From an uncultured Desulfosarcina sp. (GTDB lineage Bacteria > Desulfobacterota > Desulfobacteria > Desulfobacterales > Desulfosarcinaceae): a DNA stretch of 64,000 bases. Within the stretch, counting starts at the first letter, position 1; every line of letters begins with the position of its first letter. The notes below the pieces were generated by a model. The model searched no databases, had not been told where the DNA came from, and worked only from the letters and a program-made list of their open reading frames with translations. This document shows, in pieces, positions 38,767 to 48,064 of the stretch. The stretch is from NCBI GenBank assembly GCA_963674945.2, contig CAXXWQ010000003.1, positions 1,312,001 through 1,376,000 of the forward strand, written 5' to 3'. The translations under genes were made by a program, and so were the position numbers.

Positions 38767-40002
38767 ATGAAACCATTTCATCCGGAACAAGCGTTGTGTG
38801 AAACCCGAAGGGAATTCGGCGAACACGGCGGTGTGACGCCATCCATATCCAGATCGTCCACCTTCACCGTTCTCGACCCTGAAATCATGCCCGAAATATT
38901 CGGAGGGATCAGAGGGCCGGAAAAAGGCGGTTGTTTTCTCTACAGCCGGCATTTCAATCCCACCGTGGACATTTTGTCCCGCTATCTGGCGGCCATGGAA
39001 GGAACCGAACATGCCGTATGCACGGCCAGCGGTATGTCCGCCATCAGCTGCACCCTGATGCAGCTATGTAAAAAAGGGGACCATATCGTGGCCAGCGATA
39101 CCATGTACGGCGGGACCCATGCGCTTCTGGCCGAGTTGTTGCCGCAATTCGGCATTACCACCACCTTCGTCGACCCCACGGCGACATCTGCCTGGGAAAA
39201 GGCCATCACCGGCGACACCCGTGTACTGTTTACCGAAACTTTCGGAAACCCGACGCTGAAAGTCGCCGACATCCCCGAACTCTCCAAGCTGGCCAATGCC
39301 AGAGGACTTACCATGGTTGTGGACAACACGTTCACCCCCATGGTGGTCTCACCGGCACGTTTGGGGGCGGATGTGGTGGTTTACTCCATGACAAAATACA
39401 TCAACGGCGCCAGCGACCTTGTCGCCGGTGCCATCTGTACCAACAAGGCCATGGTCCATCGGTTGATGGACCTTCATACGGGGAGGGTGATGTTGATGGG
39501 GCCGACAATGGACCCACGCATGGCCTATGACATCATCCAACGCCTGCCCCATCTGGCGATCCGCATGCGGGAGCACGGCCGCCGTGCCATGGCCGTTTGC
39601 AGCCGCCTCAAAGAGCTTGGTGTTCCGGTGGTCTATCCGGGACTGAAATCCTTTTCGCAGCACCATTTGGCCACTTCGTTGATCAATGAGGGCTATGGAT
39701 ACGGAGGGATGTTCACCATCGACTGCAAAACACGCGAGAAGGCCGACGACTTTCTGGACGCGCTTCAAAACCAGGAGGATTTCGGGTATATCGCCGTATC
39801 ACTGGGTTATTTCGATACGTTGATGTCCTGTTCCGGTTCGACCACCTCGTCTGAAATCAGCGTCGAGGATCAACGGAAAATAGGGCTGTCACCCGGGCTC
39901 GTCCGATTTTCCATTGGATACACGGGAAACCTGGAAAAACGGATGGAGCAGATGGAACGGGCAGTCCATGCCGTCGGCCTGGCAGGGTCGCATTCGCCTT
40001 GA
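38767..40002 (+). CDS. mgl: Methionine gamma-lyase (PLP-dependent Cys/Met metabolism enzyme)
   Basis: YSRHFNPT, ASGMSAI, YGGT, VVDNTF, YSMTKYING (PLP lysine), GLVRFSIG. Confidence 0.85.
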   Translation: MKPFHPEQALCETRREFGEHGGVTPSISRSSTFTVLDPEIMPEIFGGIRGPEKGGCFLYSRHFNPTVDILSRYLAAMEGTEHAVCTASGMSAISCTLMQLCKKGDHIVASDTMYGGTHALLAELLPQFGITTTFVDPTATSAWEKAITGDTRVLFTETFGNPTLKVADIPELSKLANARGLTMVVDNTFTPMVVSPARLGADVVVYSMTKYINGASDLVAGAICTNKAMVHRLMDLHTGRVMLMGPTMDPRMAYDIIQRLPHLAIRMREHGRRAMAVCSRLKELGVPVVYPGLKSFSQHHLATSLINEGYGYGGMFTIDCKTREKADDFLDALQNQEDFGYIAVSLGYFDTLMSCSGSTTSSEISVEDQRKIGLSPGLVRFSIGYTGNLEKRMEQMERAVHAVGLAGSHSP

Positions 40003-40302
40003 ACGACCACAATGCCCTTGCACCCGGTGAATTCAAAACGCCGCACTGGCTTTGATCGCGGGTGAAACCGCCTTGACACGTTCTTTCCGGGAAACAGAAA
40101 ACCGGACCTGAATGCCTTTTGGAGGCGATTCAAGGCCCGGTTGTGATGGTTCTTGCCGACCGGGATCCACTATGTGGACAACCGCGATTCGGATTTGCAG
40201 CCCGCCGTCGAATCGACGGACTGGATGTGCAGTGCCGCTTTGTTACGGATACGCGGTCATTTTTTCATAAGGAGCAAACCGTTACTGCCCACCTGTTTCC
40301 TC

Positions 40303-40701
40303 TCAGGGGGAGTTCAACTGCCGAATGGGATCGTTTTCAATGGTATTGATTCTTTCCGGAAAATGTTCCACATGGGTTTTGGCCTTGGGCAATTCTTCCG
40401 GGTAGCCTTCCAGTTCATTCCACTCGTAGGCGTCTCCTTTTCTGAATCGAACTTCGAAAAACTTACCATCTCTCTTTACGACACCCATTTTTTCGGAACG
40501 ATCATAGTAGAGCACTTCCGTTTTCGGATAAGCGGCATCACCGGCATGTATGCGAACCCGGTTGCCGTTATCATTGGGTCTCTGGCCATAGGTTTTGGAT
40601 CCCTGTGCCTGTGCAAGGCCAACCCAAACCAGACAGAGCAGTCCACAGATAATGGCGGATACTGAACGATAACGGTGCCTGCCATGAATAAGTATCGACA
40701 T
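40303..40701 (-). CDS. Hypothetical secreted protein downstream of pilY1
   Basis: Signal peptide (AQA), GGAGG RBS overlapping the pilY1 stop, 10-nt gap. Confidence 0.65.
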   Translation of the reverse strand: MSILIHGRHRYRSVSAIICGLLCLVWVGLAQAQGSKTYGQRPNDNGNRVRIHAGDAAYPKTEVLYYDRSEKMGVVKRDGKFFEVRFRKGDAYEWNELEGYPEELPKAKTHVEHFPERINTIENDPIRQLNSP

Positions 40702-40711
40702 CGTAAACCTC

Positions 40712-43700
40712 CTACTCGTTTAATTGTAACCAGTAAAATTGGTCCACACCGCGTTTCGGATCTCTAACGTTACCCGTAAGCCCTCCGATCAACAGCTTCG
40801 GCGGCCCTGATGCCGAGATGACAATCACCGGGGACGGTGGGATCGTGAGGCTGGAGGAGCTTAACGTCAGGTGTCGATCCGCTTTTCCCAACTCTTTTTC
40901 ATCGGTGTCGTTGGAAGTGGTAAAGTTGAACACGGCGGCACCGGTTTTATAATCCACGGCATACAACTTGGCCGTCCCGCCGCTTGTCGGATCTTCACAG
41001 GGATCCACACTGGTCGGACCGGAGGCATTCGCCGGCGTAAACGTCGTAAAATAGACGACACCGGCGTAGATGATGGGCGAGGAGAGGCATTTTTCACCAA
41101 CCCCCTCCAGTTGGATATACCAACCCCGGTTATAATTTTTATTCAGCGTATCCTTCACCGCCTGCTTTTCGGCAGCAGTCCCGTCCTGAATATCGTCATC
41201 CGTAACATCGAGCAGCACATATTCGTTGCCATCTCCCGCAGCAGCTTCGTAGAGGGTCGACTTGCTGCTGACCTTCGTACTGGGTGAGAGACCGCCTGTT
41301 CTCCAATCATTCTTCACGCAGTAAAAATAGTTGGTCGTATCGGTTCGCAGTGGATGGGCCCGGTCCCCGGTTCCGAAGTAGACGTAATCTCCCACCACGG
41401 ATTTCCATTCGCCGTCCCCTTCACTGTCCCAGTATCGTATGAATTCAGGCGTAAAATCAACTTCCTCGAAGATCTTTTTCCCGGACGAAGTTGCGGTAAA
41501 AAGGTGCAACGAACTCCAAACGCCATTGAGTTGGGCGGGATAATCCTCGTTATCGTTGTCACGGAAGGCGAACAATTGCCCCTCCAGGTCGCCGGCATAG
41601 ATCTGGCTGACGATATCCTCCCCATCGTCCACCATGTCTGCCCCGGCGGCCATGACGATGGAGTTTGTCATCGCGGGAAGGTCACTGCTGTCAAACGTCT
41701 CAATCGCCGCATTCGTCTCCACATCGATCATGACAACGGAATCGCCAACCGGAGATGTGAGGCTGTCATTGTCGTCATAACCATCGTCATAACCACCGGT
41801 GAGGAGAAAAACCTGCTCCGTGCCGGATCCTGTCTTGACCGTCATGAACTCGGGCTGCTTCCATGACTGCCCCGATACGGTGCGGGTGTACAGATACTTC
41901 GGGTTGTCTATATCGGAGATGTCCAGGGCGTAGTAGTGATTGCCGCCCCGTCTTTCCCCGATCATGAGAATTGTCTTCGAGCTGCTGATCTGTGCAACCG
42001 TGGCCGATCCGTCCATAAAGTAGGAGTGATCGCCGGTGTAGGCATCCGTGATCCGACTGAACTGTTCCTTGGGAAGGAACGCCCACTTTTCCGAGCCGTT
42101 GGAATCATCGAAGCAGTGGAGCATGCCGTCATTGGATCCCACGAAAATATAGGTGCCGGAAGTATAGTTGACGACCGTCGGCTTGGAGTGGTTCAGGTCC
42201 CCCAATTGCCAGTCTTCGCCCACCATTCTGACCTTATTGATGATTTCATTTCTGGCGGTGGTGTCACCCGCCCCTAACAGCGATGGTTCCAGTTCGGTGT
42301 TACTTGTCGAGAATTCGTTGGCGGAATTCGACAGGATCGTGGTGGTGGAGCTGATGTTGGAATAGATGTGCCGGCTGGAATCATCCGTACCGATTAATAC
42401 CTCGCCGGCCCCGCCGCTTCTTACCTCCTGGCCGTCGTCGCTGGTGGACCAGCAGGAACGCGCGGTCTCTTTGATTTCACCGGCACTGTCCATGATGGGA
42501 TCCCCGGTGTCGCAGGATATGACATTGACGTCCGAATCCAGCTTGTATTTCTTCAGGTTGCCCGCCCACCGGCTGCTCCCGCTCAAGGGCTGAAACAGGG
42601 ACATGTAAACGCTGTCCCCCGCATAGGCCTGGTTGACATCGCTGATGGGAACCACCGAAGAGGTAAAGGTGGTTTTGCGTTCGTTGATGTTGCCGATGAA
42701 TGCCTCGAAGGCCTCTTCGAGACTCTGCTGGCTGGTGGCCGGAAAGTACAGCCCTTCTCCGGGGGATTCGCCCTGCCCCTTGTCCGCCGTAGTCTGCAAC
42801 AGGACCGGATCGCCGCCATTAAAACCGATGGTATAGGTCACGATATTTTGATCACCGTCCAGGTTGCCGTTACAGTCGTTTTCATAGAGATATTCGGAAA
42901 CATGGTACAAAAGGGCACGATTGGAGTCGCCGGGGCGGATCTGGTCCCCGTTGATGTAGGTACCGGTATAAAGCAACGGATCCGTATCGGATGTGGGTTC
43001 ACCATCCGTCATCAAGATGATGTAGTTTTGCCGGCAGCGGTACTGCATGGGATAGTGATCGATATTGGCATAGTTTCCATTACCGAACCATGAATTTTTT
43101 TCGGCAAAGTAGAGGCCCGCCTCGGCAAGGGTCTCGGCAAGGGGCGTACCTCCCGATGCGGGGAGCGTGCCCACCGCATCCTGCAAAAATTGGATATAGT
43201 TTGCAATGGCCGTATCATAGGCCGCCCCGGTCAACTTATCGCCGTCGGCGTCCAGGATGTAACTGTCTTTTAACGAACAATTGACCTGCGTGCTGTTATA
43301 GGAAAGAAGATAGCCGCCGTTGGAAGAACCGTCGAATCGCATGATCCCGAAGCGCAGGCTGCCGCCGTGATCACCGATGATGTTTTGAATGGCGCTGATT
43401 GCGGTTTCATTCCGACTCTTGTGCCAGTTGATCCAGTTTCCCACGGCAAAATCGTCGCCGTTAATGGTGACCCAGCCGCCGTTGGTCAGATTGGTGAGCT
43501 GGTCCTTGAACGCGCCCAGGGTGGTCTCCCGCCAATAGCCACGACGACTGTACCCGACGGTAAGACTATCCGAGTAAGTGAAATAGGACAGCGTCAGCTG
43601 CCGCCAGGAACCGGAGTAGTAGACGTACACCTCGTCCTCGTTATCGTTGTAATCCCATATTCCGTTCTGGTTGCTGTCCTCGTTTAGGATAATATCGATA

Positions 43701-43960
43701 TTGTCGATCCAGCCTGCGCTATCATTATAGTAATCGTATTCCCGGTAGGTCGTGCCGGGATTGTAGGTGTCGCCCCAGGTGGCGCCGCTGGGAACGATGG
43801 ACTCCATACTTCCGGAGGTATCGAAAACAATCAGCACATTGGGTTCCACCGTTTGTGTGACGACGCCGAAGATCTCATTGTCGTCCGCCAGAACCGCCGC
43901 CGAGGACCAGATGAAAATGGCCATAGCAAGAAGCATGATATGGTTTGTTCTGTTTCTCAT
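40712..43960 (-). CDS. pilY1: PilY1/PilC type IV pilus tip adhesin (vWA + beta-propeller)
   Basis: Signal peptide, MIDAS VFDTSGSM, TPLAETL, LMTDGEP, WAGNLKKY, GSNDGMLHCF..EKWAFLP, IYAGDLEG, YFGTGD. Confidence 0.93.
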   Translation of the reverse strand: MRNRTNHIMLLAMAIFIWSSAAVLADDNEIFGVVTQTVEPNVLIVFDTSGSMESIVPSGATWGDTYNPGTTYREYDYYNDSAGWIDNIDIILNEDSNQNGIWDYNDNEDEVYVYYSGSWRQLTLSYFTYSDSLTVGYSRRGYWRETTLGAFKDQLTNLTNGGWVTINGDDFAVGNWINWHKSRNETAISAIQNIIGDHGGSLRFGIMRFDGSSNGGYLLSYNSTQVNCSLKDSYILDADGDKLTGAAYDTAIANYIQFLQDAVGTLPASGGTPLAETLAEAGLYFAEKNSWFGNGNYANIDHYPMQYRCRQNYIILMTDGEPTSDTDPLLYTGTYINGDQIRPGDSNRALLYHVSEYLYENDCNGNLDGDQNIVTYTIGFNGGDPVLLQTTADKGQGESPGEGLYFPATSQQSLEEAFEAFIGNINERKTTFTSSVVPISDVNQAYAGDSVYMSLFQPLSGSSRWAGNLKKYKLDSDVNVISCDTGDPIMDSAGEIKETARSCWSTSDDGQEVRSGGAGEVLIGTDDSSRHIYSNISSTTTILSNSANEFSTSNTELEPSLLGAGDTTARNEIINKVRMVGEDWQLGDLNHSKPTVVNYTSGTYIFVGSNDGMLHCFDDSNGSEKWAFLPKEQFSRITDAYTGDHSYFMDGSATVAQISSSKTILMIGERRGGNHYYALDISDIDNPKYLYTRTVSGQSWKQPEFMTVKTGSGTEQVFLLTGGYDDGYDDNDSLTSPVGDSVVMIDVETNAAIETFDSSDLPAMTNSIVMAAGADMVDDGEDIVSQIYAGDLEGQLFAFRDNDNEDYPAQLNGVWSSLHLFTATSSGKKIFEEVDFTPEFIRYWDSEGDGEWKSVVGDYVYFGTGDRAHPLRTDTTNYFYCVKNDWRTGGLSPSTKVSSKSTLYEAAAGDGNEYVLLDVTDDDIQDGTAAEKQAVKDTLNKNYNRGWYIQLEGVGEKCLSSPIIYAGVVYFTTFTPANASGPTSVDPCEDPTSGGTAKLYAVDYKTGAAVFNFTTSNDTDEKELGKADRHLTLSSSSLTIPPSPVIVISASGPPKLLIGGLTGNVRDPKRGVDQFYWLQLNE

Positions 43961-44082
43961 ATTACCCCCTATCGGTAACTGAACTTGGTAACGGTATGTG
44001 ATGCCATGAAATTATGCTAAACAATATCAGAATGTTGTACCCTTCGATGATGCCTTTTCTACCGGCACCATCGCGCGGGTTC

Positions 44083-44727
44083 TCACGATCCAGGCGCCGA
44101 AGCGGCTCCCGGCGTCCGACCGGCTTTGTTGAAAATCTTCCAAAGCCCCGATTCGATGGTCAGGGATGTCACGTTGTCTCTCTTGTCCACGGCTCTCGTG
44201 TGGATGCCGTAACGCCGGATCTCGAAATTTCTGGCGCTCATGCCCGTTCCGATGACCGGCGGCCCGAAGTGGGGCAAGGGGAAAAAATCCCGGGTGAGGG
44301 ATTCTTCGGCCAGTTTGCTGTCGATGGTGCCGTCGGTATAGTCCTCGACGCGCGCGATATCGTACTGGGCTACACGCACCGGATTTCCATCGGCATCGTT
44401 GATGGAAGCGTCCTGATCGATTATCTCTGCATCCCCGGCGGAAATGGAAAAGAGAGGGGATGCGGCCTGCAGCCATACGTTCTGGTGATTTTCCGTTGCG
44501 ATGGTGAGGCCGGATTCCGAGCGGTACAGGTTCTCCCGGTAATCCCGATTGTTTCGCATCATGGAGCTGTTCATCATGGATGTATCCATGGCCATGAACA
44601 CGGTCAGGGAGAGCGCCGCCAGCATCAACAGGGCCACGATGGTGGCCGACCCCGCGTTGTTTGAAATTGGATGGGTAACGATTCGTTTCATGGGCTGATC
44701 CTCGTCGTTGAAGTTCGTTTTGACCAT
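44083..44727 (-). CDS. pilX: PilX-like minor pilin
   Basis: G|SATIVALLMLAALSL without Glu5; SESGL motif; position in operon. Confidence 0.8.
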   Translation of the reverse strand: MVKTNFNDEDQPMKRIVTHPISNNAGSATIVALLMLAALSLTVFMAMDTSMMNSSMMRNNRDYRENLYRSESGLTIATENHQNVWLQAASPLFSISAGDAEIIDQDASINDADGNPVRVAQYDIARVEDYTDGTIDSKLAEESLTRDFFPLPHFGPPVIGTGMSARNFEIRRYGIHTRAVDKRDNVTSLTIESGLWKIFNKAGRTPGAASAPGS

Positions 44728-45158
44728 TAGTTGGACTGCCTCCGGTAAAACCCCTGCAGTCTGAGTTCGTTGTCGGCCGTAGCGGAATAGGCAATGGTTA
44801 CAAAGTCATTCGTTCCGTCGCCATCGACATCCGTTGCATCGTAAACCCGATAATCGATAGCCGTCTTCGCCGCCTCCGGATTGGTATCGGCGCCTCCCGG
44901 CTGGTGGGCGCCATCGGAAAGGACATTCTGGTTCATGTCCAAAACGGTCAGCATCTCGACCGTCTCCTGGCCGGACATCACCGACCAGTCCGCATAAACG
45001 GTGCCCCGCGTGGTCTTGGAAGATGAGATCATGACGGCGGTAAGCGCCATGAAACCGATGCTGAAGATCGCTATCGCCACCAGGGAGTCGATGAGTGTAA
45101 AGCCCTTATCGGTAAGCAGGGTATGGGTTATCGTCCGTTTCTTCTCGTCCATTTGCAT
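44727..45158 (-). CDS. pilV: PilV-like minor pilin
   Basis: KG|FTLIDSLVAIAIFSIG class III signal peptide. Confidence 0.8.
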   Translation of the reverse strand: MQMDEKKRTITHTLLTDKGFTLIDSLVAIAIFSIGFMALTAVMISSSKTTRGTVYADWSVMSGQETVEMLTVLDMNQNVLSDGAHQPGGADTNPEAAKTAIDYRVYDATDVDGDGTNDFVTIAYSATADNELRLQGFYRRQSN

Positions 45159-45186
45159 CCACCTCGAAATTTTTGGTTAGATGGTA

Positions 45187-46002
45187 TCAACTCTTGTTGC
45201 GGCAACGAATGGTCGTGGTGAACAAGGTGTGTGAATAATCATCGTTGATCGGGTAGCGCTGGTCCCCCACAACCATGGTATATTGTTCTTTGGCGCCCCG
45301 GACCGGCTCACTGGAACGAACCACCAGCCAGACTTTGACCGCCCGTATCCTGGAGATATCCACCTGGCTGGCCATGGCCGACCCGCCCACCGTATCATCC
45401 AGATCGATATCGCCATCGTCGTCGGTGTCCAGCAGGGTATCCAAACGGCGATTATCATCGGAGTCGATGGCCCAAAGGATATTGTTGTTGGCGGACACCT
45501 CCACGTTTCCGTCGTCGTCGTCATCGTAGGCATAGGCGAACCGAATCGCCTCGATATCGTCCGCCACGTTCCCACCACCGATCACCAGACTGGTGGCGCC
45601 GTGATCCGCAAACCCGTCGCGTCCACCGCCATCGATATCGTTTGCGGCATTGAGGCCGATACTGACCGTATCGATTGCATCGCCAAAGGGCGCGACCAGA
45701 TCCAGGGGATCTGACACATTGTTCCGGGAAAAGGAGAGAAATGCGCCGGTGGCGGTATCGACCAAATTGTTTGCGCTGATGTTCTTTTGGGGATTGAATC
45801 CCAACAGCCGGATATTATCCTCGATAAGGTACATGGCGCCCCTGGAGGTAGTGGCCATCACCGACCGCTGGTCGACGTTGGCGGACGATGACTGCATTTT
45901 GGTAAACACCATCACCGCAGCGCCGATGATGATCCCCGAAATAACGGTGGCAATCATGACTTCAATCAGGGTAAATCCTTTTTGATCATAATGGATTTTC
46001 AT
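45187..46002 (-). CDS. pilW: PilW-like minor pilin
   Basis: KG|FTLIEVMIA, NIRLLGF, IRAVKVWLVVRS, TTIRCRN. Confidence 0.88.
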   Translation of the reverse strand: MKIHYDQKGFTLIEVMIATVISGIIIGAAVMVFTKMQSSSANVDQRSVMATTSRGAMYLIEDNIRLLGFNPQKNISANNLVDTATGAFLSFSRNNVSDPLDLVAPFGDAIDTVSIGLNAANDIDGGGRDGFADHGATSLVIGGGNVADDIEAIRFAYAYDDDDDGNVEVSANNNILWAIDSDDNRRLDTLLDTDDDGDIDLDDTVGGSAMASQVDISRIRAVKVWLVVRSSEPVRGAKEQYTMVVGDQRYPINDDYSHTLFTTTIRCRNKS

Positions 46003-46044
46003 TTTCGGTATCCTGCCTTTTGTTTATAACCGTTTCGCATGGGT

Positions 46045-46485
46045 CTAAATGATGCTGATTCCACCGACAGAGGTAACCCGTACACCGCCAGTTAAGGCAC
46101 CGTCGCGAACATATCGGATATTCACCTGCCCCGATATTCCGGTTTTCATCCCCCTGGCATTGAAGGTATAGGTGTTCGCATCGCCTGGCGGTGTCACTGA
46201 AAACACTTCAACATGATCGGAGAGAACCTGGTTTACAATCAAATTGCCATCCGCATCATTAATGGTGTAGTCGGAGGCGCCAAACACGATGGAGACGTTT
46301 TCCCCCCGCTTGACGGCTTCGGATCTTGCCGTCTGTATCCCGCCATACAGTTCCCGGGCACTTTTCTGAACCCGTCGCTCAGGCATACCGCTCAGGTAAT
46401 TATAGGTAACGACGCCTGAAAGGATTCCGATAATGGCGATGGTCACCATGACTTCAATTAGACTGAATCCTGCATCCTTTCTCAT
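46045..46485 (-). CDS. fimT: FimT/FimU (GspH-like) minor pilin
   Basis: AG|FSLIEVMVTIAIIGIL, ARSEAVKRG, FNARG; ATG 46485 behind GGAGG. Confidence 0.85.
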   Translation of the reverse strand: MRKDAGFSLIEVMVTIAIIGILSGVVTYNYLSGMPERRVQKSARELYGGIQTARSEAVKRGENVSIVFGASDYTINDADGNLIVNQVLSDHVEVFSVTPPGDANTYTFNARGMKTGISGQVNIRYVRDGALTGGVRVTSVGGISII

Positions 46486-46521
46486 GTAACAACCTCCCGT
46501 TGTGAGTCTGACGGCTAACAA

Positions 46522-46537
46522 TACAATTTTGATGCCA
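46522..46537 (-). promoter_or_regulatory. Candidate sigma-54 promoter of the minor pilin operon
   Basis: TGGCATCAAAATTGTA, 36 nt upstream of the fimT ATG. Confidence 0.55.
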
Positions 46538-46936
46538 TATTCCGGTTGAATCTTCCCAAGATTGATCACTCACGTTACGATCTATTTAACATATTGTTTT
46601 TATATGTTTTTTTAAAATCAAAACCAATTTTTCGATGATGTCATCAAAAAATGGGAAACGCCGCCTCAAGGATTGTTTTCGCCCTACTATAAAAAAAGTT
46701 AATAGCCGGACTTAATTTTTCTTATAGTGGTGTTGAAGAACGGGTGTCGGAATAATCGTGTGGATTCGAGCCGGCAACGGAATGCCGACGTGTGGATAAG
46801 AAGATGGGCGTTTTACAGTATCATTTGGCCATTGGCAGTAAACCGGCGATCAAATCGCCCGGCTTCCGGATATTGCTCTCTTTTCGAAACTGGGGCCTAT
46901 AATGATCTATCGTCATATGGCTCAGGAAAGATAGAG

Positions 46937-48064
46937 CTATCTGATTGCCGGTTCAATAATCAGATCCATGAATCGCCGCCGATCCGAAAGGAATTGGATG
47001 GAAACATCGATGACGATCAATTGGAGAGACCAATCGGTTTTTTCCCTGGTTTTCACGAAGTCCTTCAGGGAAGTCACTAGTATATCGGCGCTTTTTTCAT
47101 GTGCCGTCTCGACAATCCGGTCCAGTTCTTTCTCGTCATAACGATGGTGATCGCCAAAGGAAAATGCCGCAACAAGATCGCACCCCGCCGATTCCAGAGA
47201 ATGAAAAAACTGTTTATTGTCGGCAAGGCCGGCGAATGCGGCGATCCGTTTTCCCCGGATCATGGATGAAAGGTCTGCGCTGCCCGGTAAAAAAAAACGG
47301 CAGTCGGGGTCAATTTTTCGCAATACGGGTCGATGCGTCGTATAGAAACTGGGCAGCGATGCGGGCAGCCGCTGTAATTGGATGGGGTGCGCGGCATGGG
47401 CGCTGCGGGTAAAAATCACCGCATCGGCCCGCTCTATCGCCGACAACGGCTCCCGCAGCCGCCCCCTTGGTATGACAAACCCGTTTCCCAGGGGCGATCG
47501 ATGGTCAAGCAGCAAAAGGTTGAGGTCCCGTTTCAATCGCAAGTGTTGAAATGCATCGTCCAATACGACGACATCCGGGTGAAAGCGTTCCACGGCGAGC
47601 ATTCCGGCTTCATAGCGACGACGGCCCACCACCACGGGAACCCCCTGCAGCAGTCCGGCCATCAGATATGGCTCGTCCCCGGCCTGATCCGGTCCCGTGA
47701 AAATCGTCTCTCCGTCGCTGACAATTCCTCCGGAGTCCTCCATTTCACCACGATATCCGCGACTGATCACCACGACCCGGTATCCCAAGTCCCGAAGCAT
47801 TTGCGCGACGAAAACCGTCATCGGTGTTTTTCCCGTGCCGCCGGCCGTGAGGTTACCGATGGATATCACGCGACATGGGAGCGAGTGGGAAGATAACATT
47901 CCGAAATCATAAAGCTTGCTTCGAAGTCGCACTATGGCGCCATAGAAGAGGGAAAAAATGAGCAGGAAGCTTTCGAGGGAGAAAAACGAAGAAGGTTCAC
48001 TCCCCCCGACCGCAGATTCGATTCTACACCTGATTCGTTCAATGCATTTCTTCAAACCACACAC
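46937..48064 (-). CDS. lpxK: Tetraacyldisaccharide 4'-kinase
   Basis: SIGNLTAGGTGKTP, ISRGY, GDEP, LDDAFQH, PRGRLRE, DHHRY. Confidence 0.95.
   Translation of the reverse strand: MCGLKKCIERIRCRIESAVGGSEPSSFFSLESFLLIFSLFYGAIVRLRSKLYDFGMLSSHSLPCRVISIGNLTAGGTGKTPMTVFVAQMLRDLGYRVVVISRGYRGEMEDSGGIVSDGETIFTGPDQAGDEPYLMAGLLQGVPVVVGRRRYEAGMLAVERFHPDVVVLDDAFQHLRLKRDLNLLLLDHRSPLGNGFVIPRGRLREPLSAIERADAVIFTRSAHAAHPIQLQRLPASLPSFYTTHRPVLRKIDPDCRFFLPGSADLSSMIRGKRIAAFAGLADNKQFFHSLESAGCDLVAAFSFGDHHRYDEKELDRIVETAHEKSADILVTSLKDFVKTREKTDWSLQLIVIDVSIQFLSDRRRFMDLIIEPAIR

Noticed and set aside
44027..44794. 255-aa minus-strand ORF overlapping pilX
   Set aside because: Alternative frame; the pilX frame has the pilin signature.
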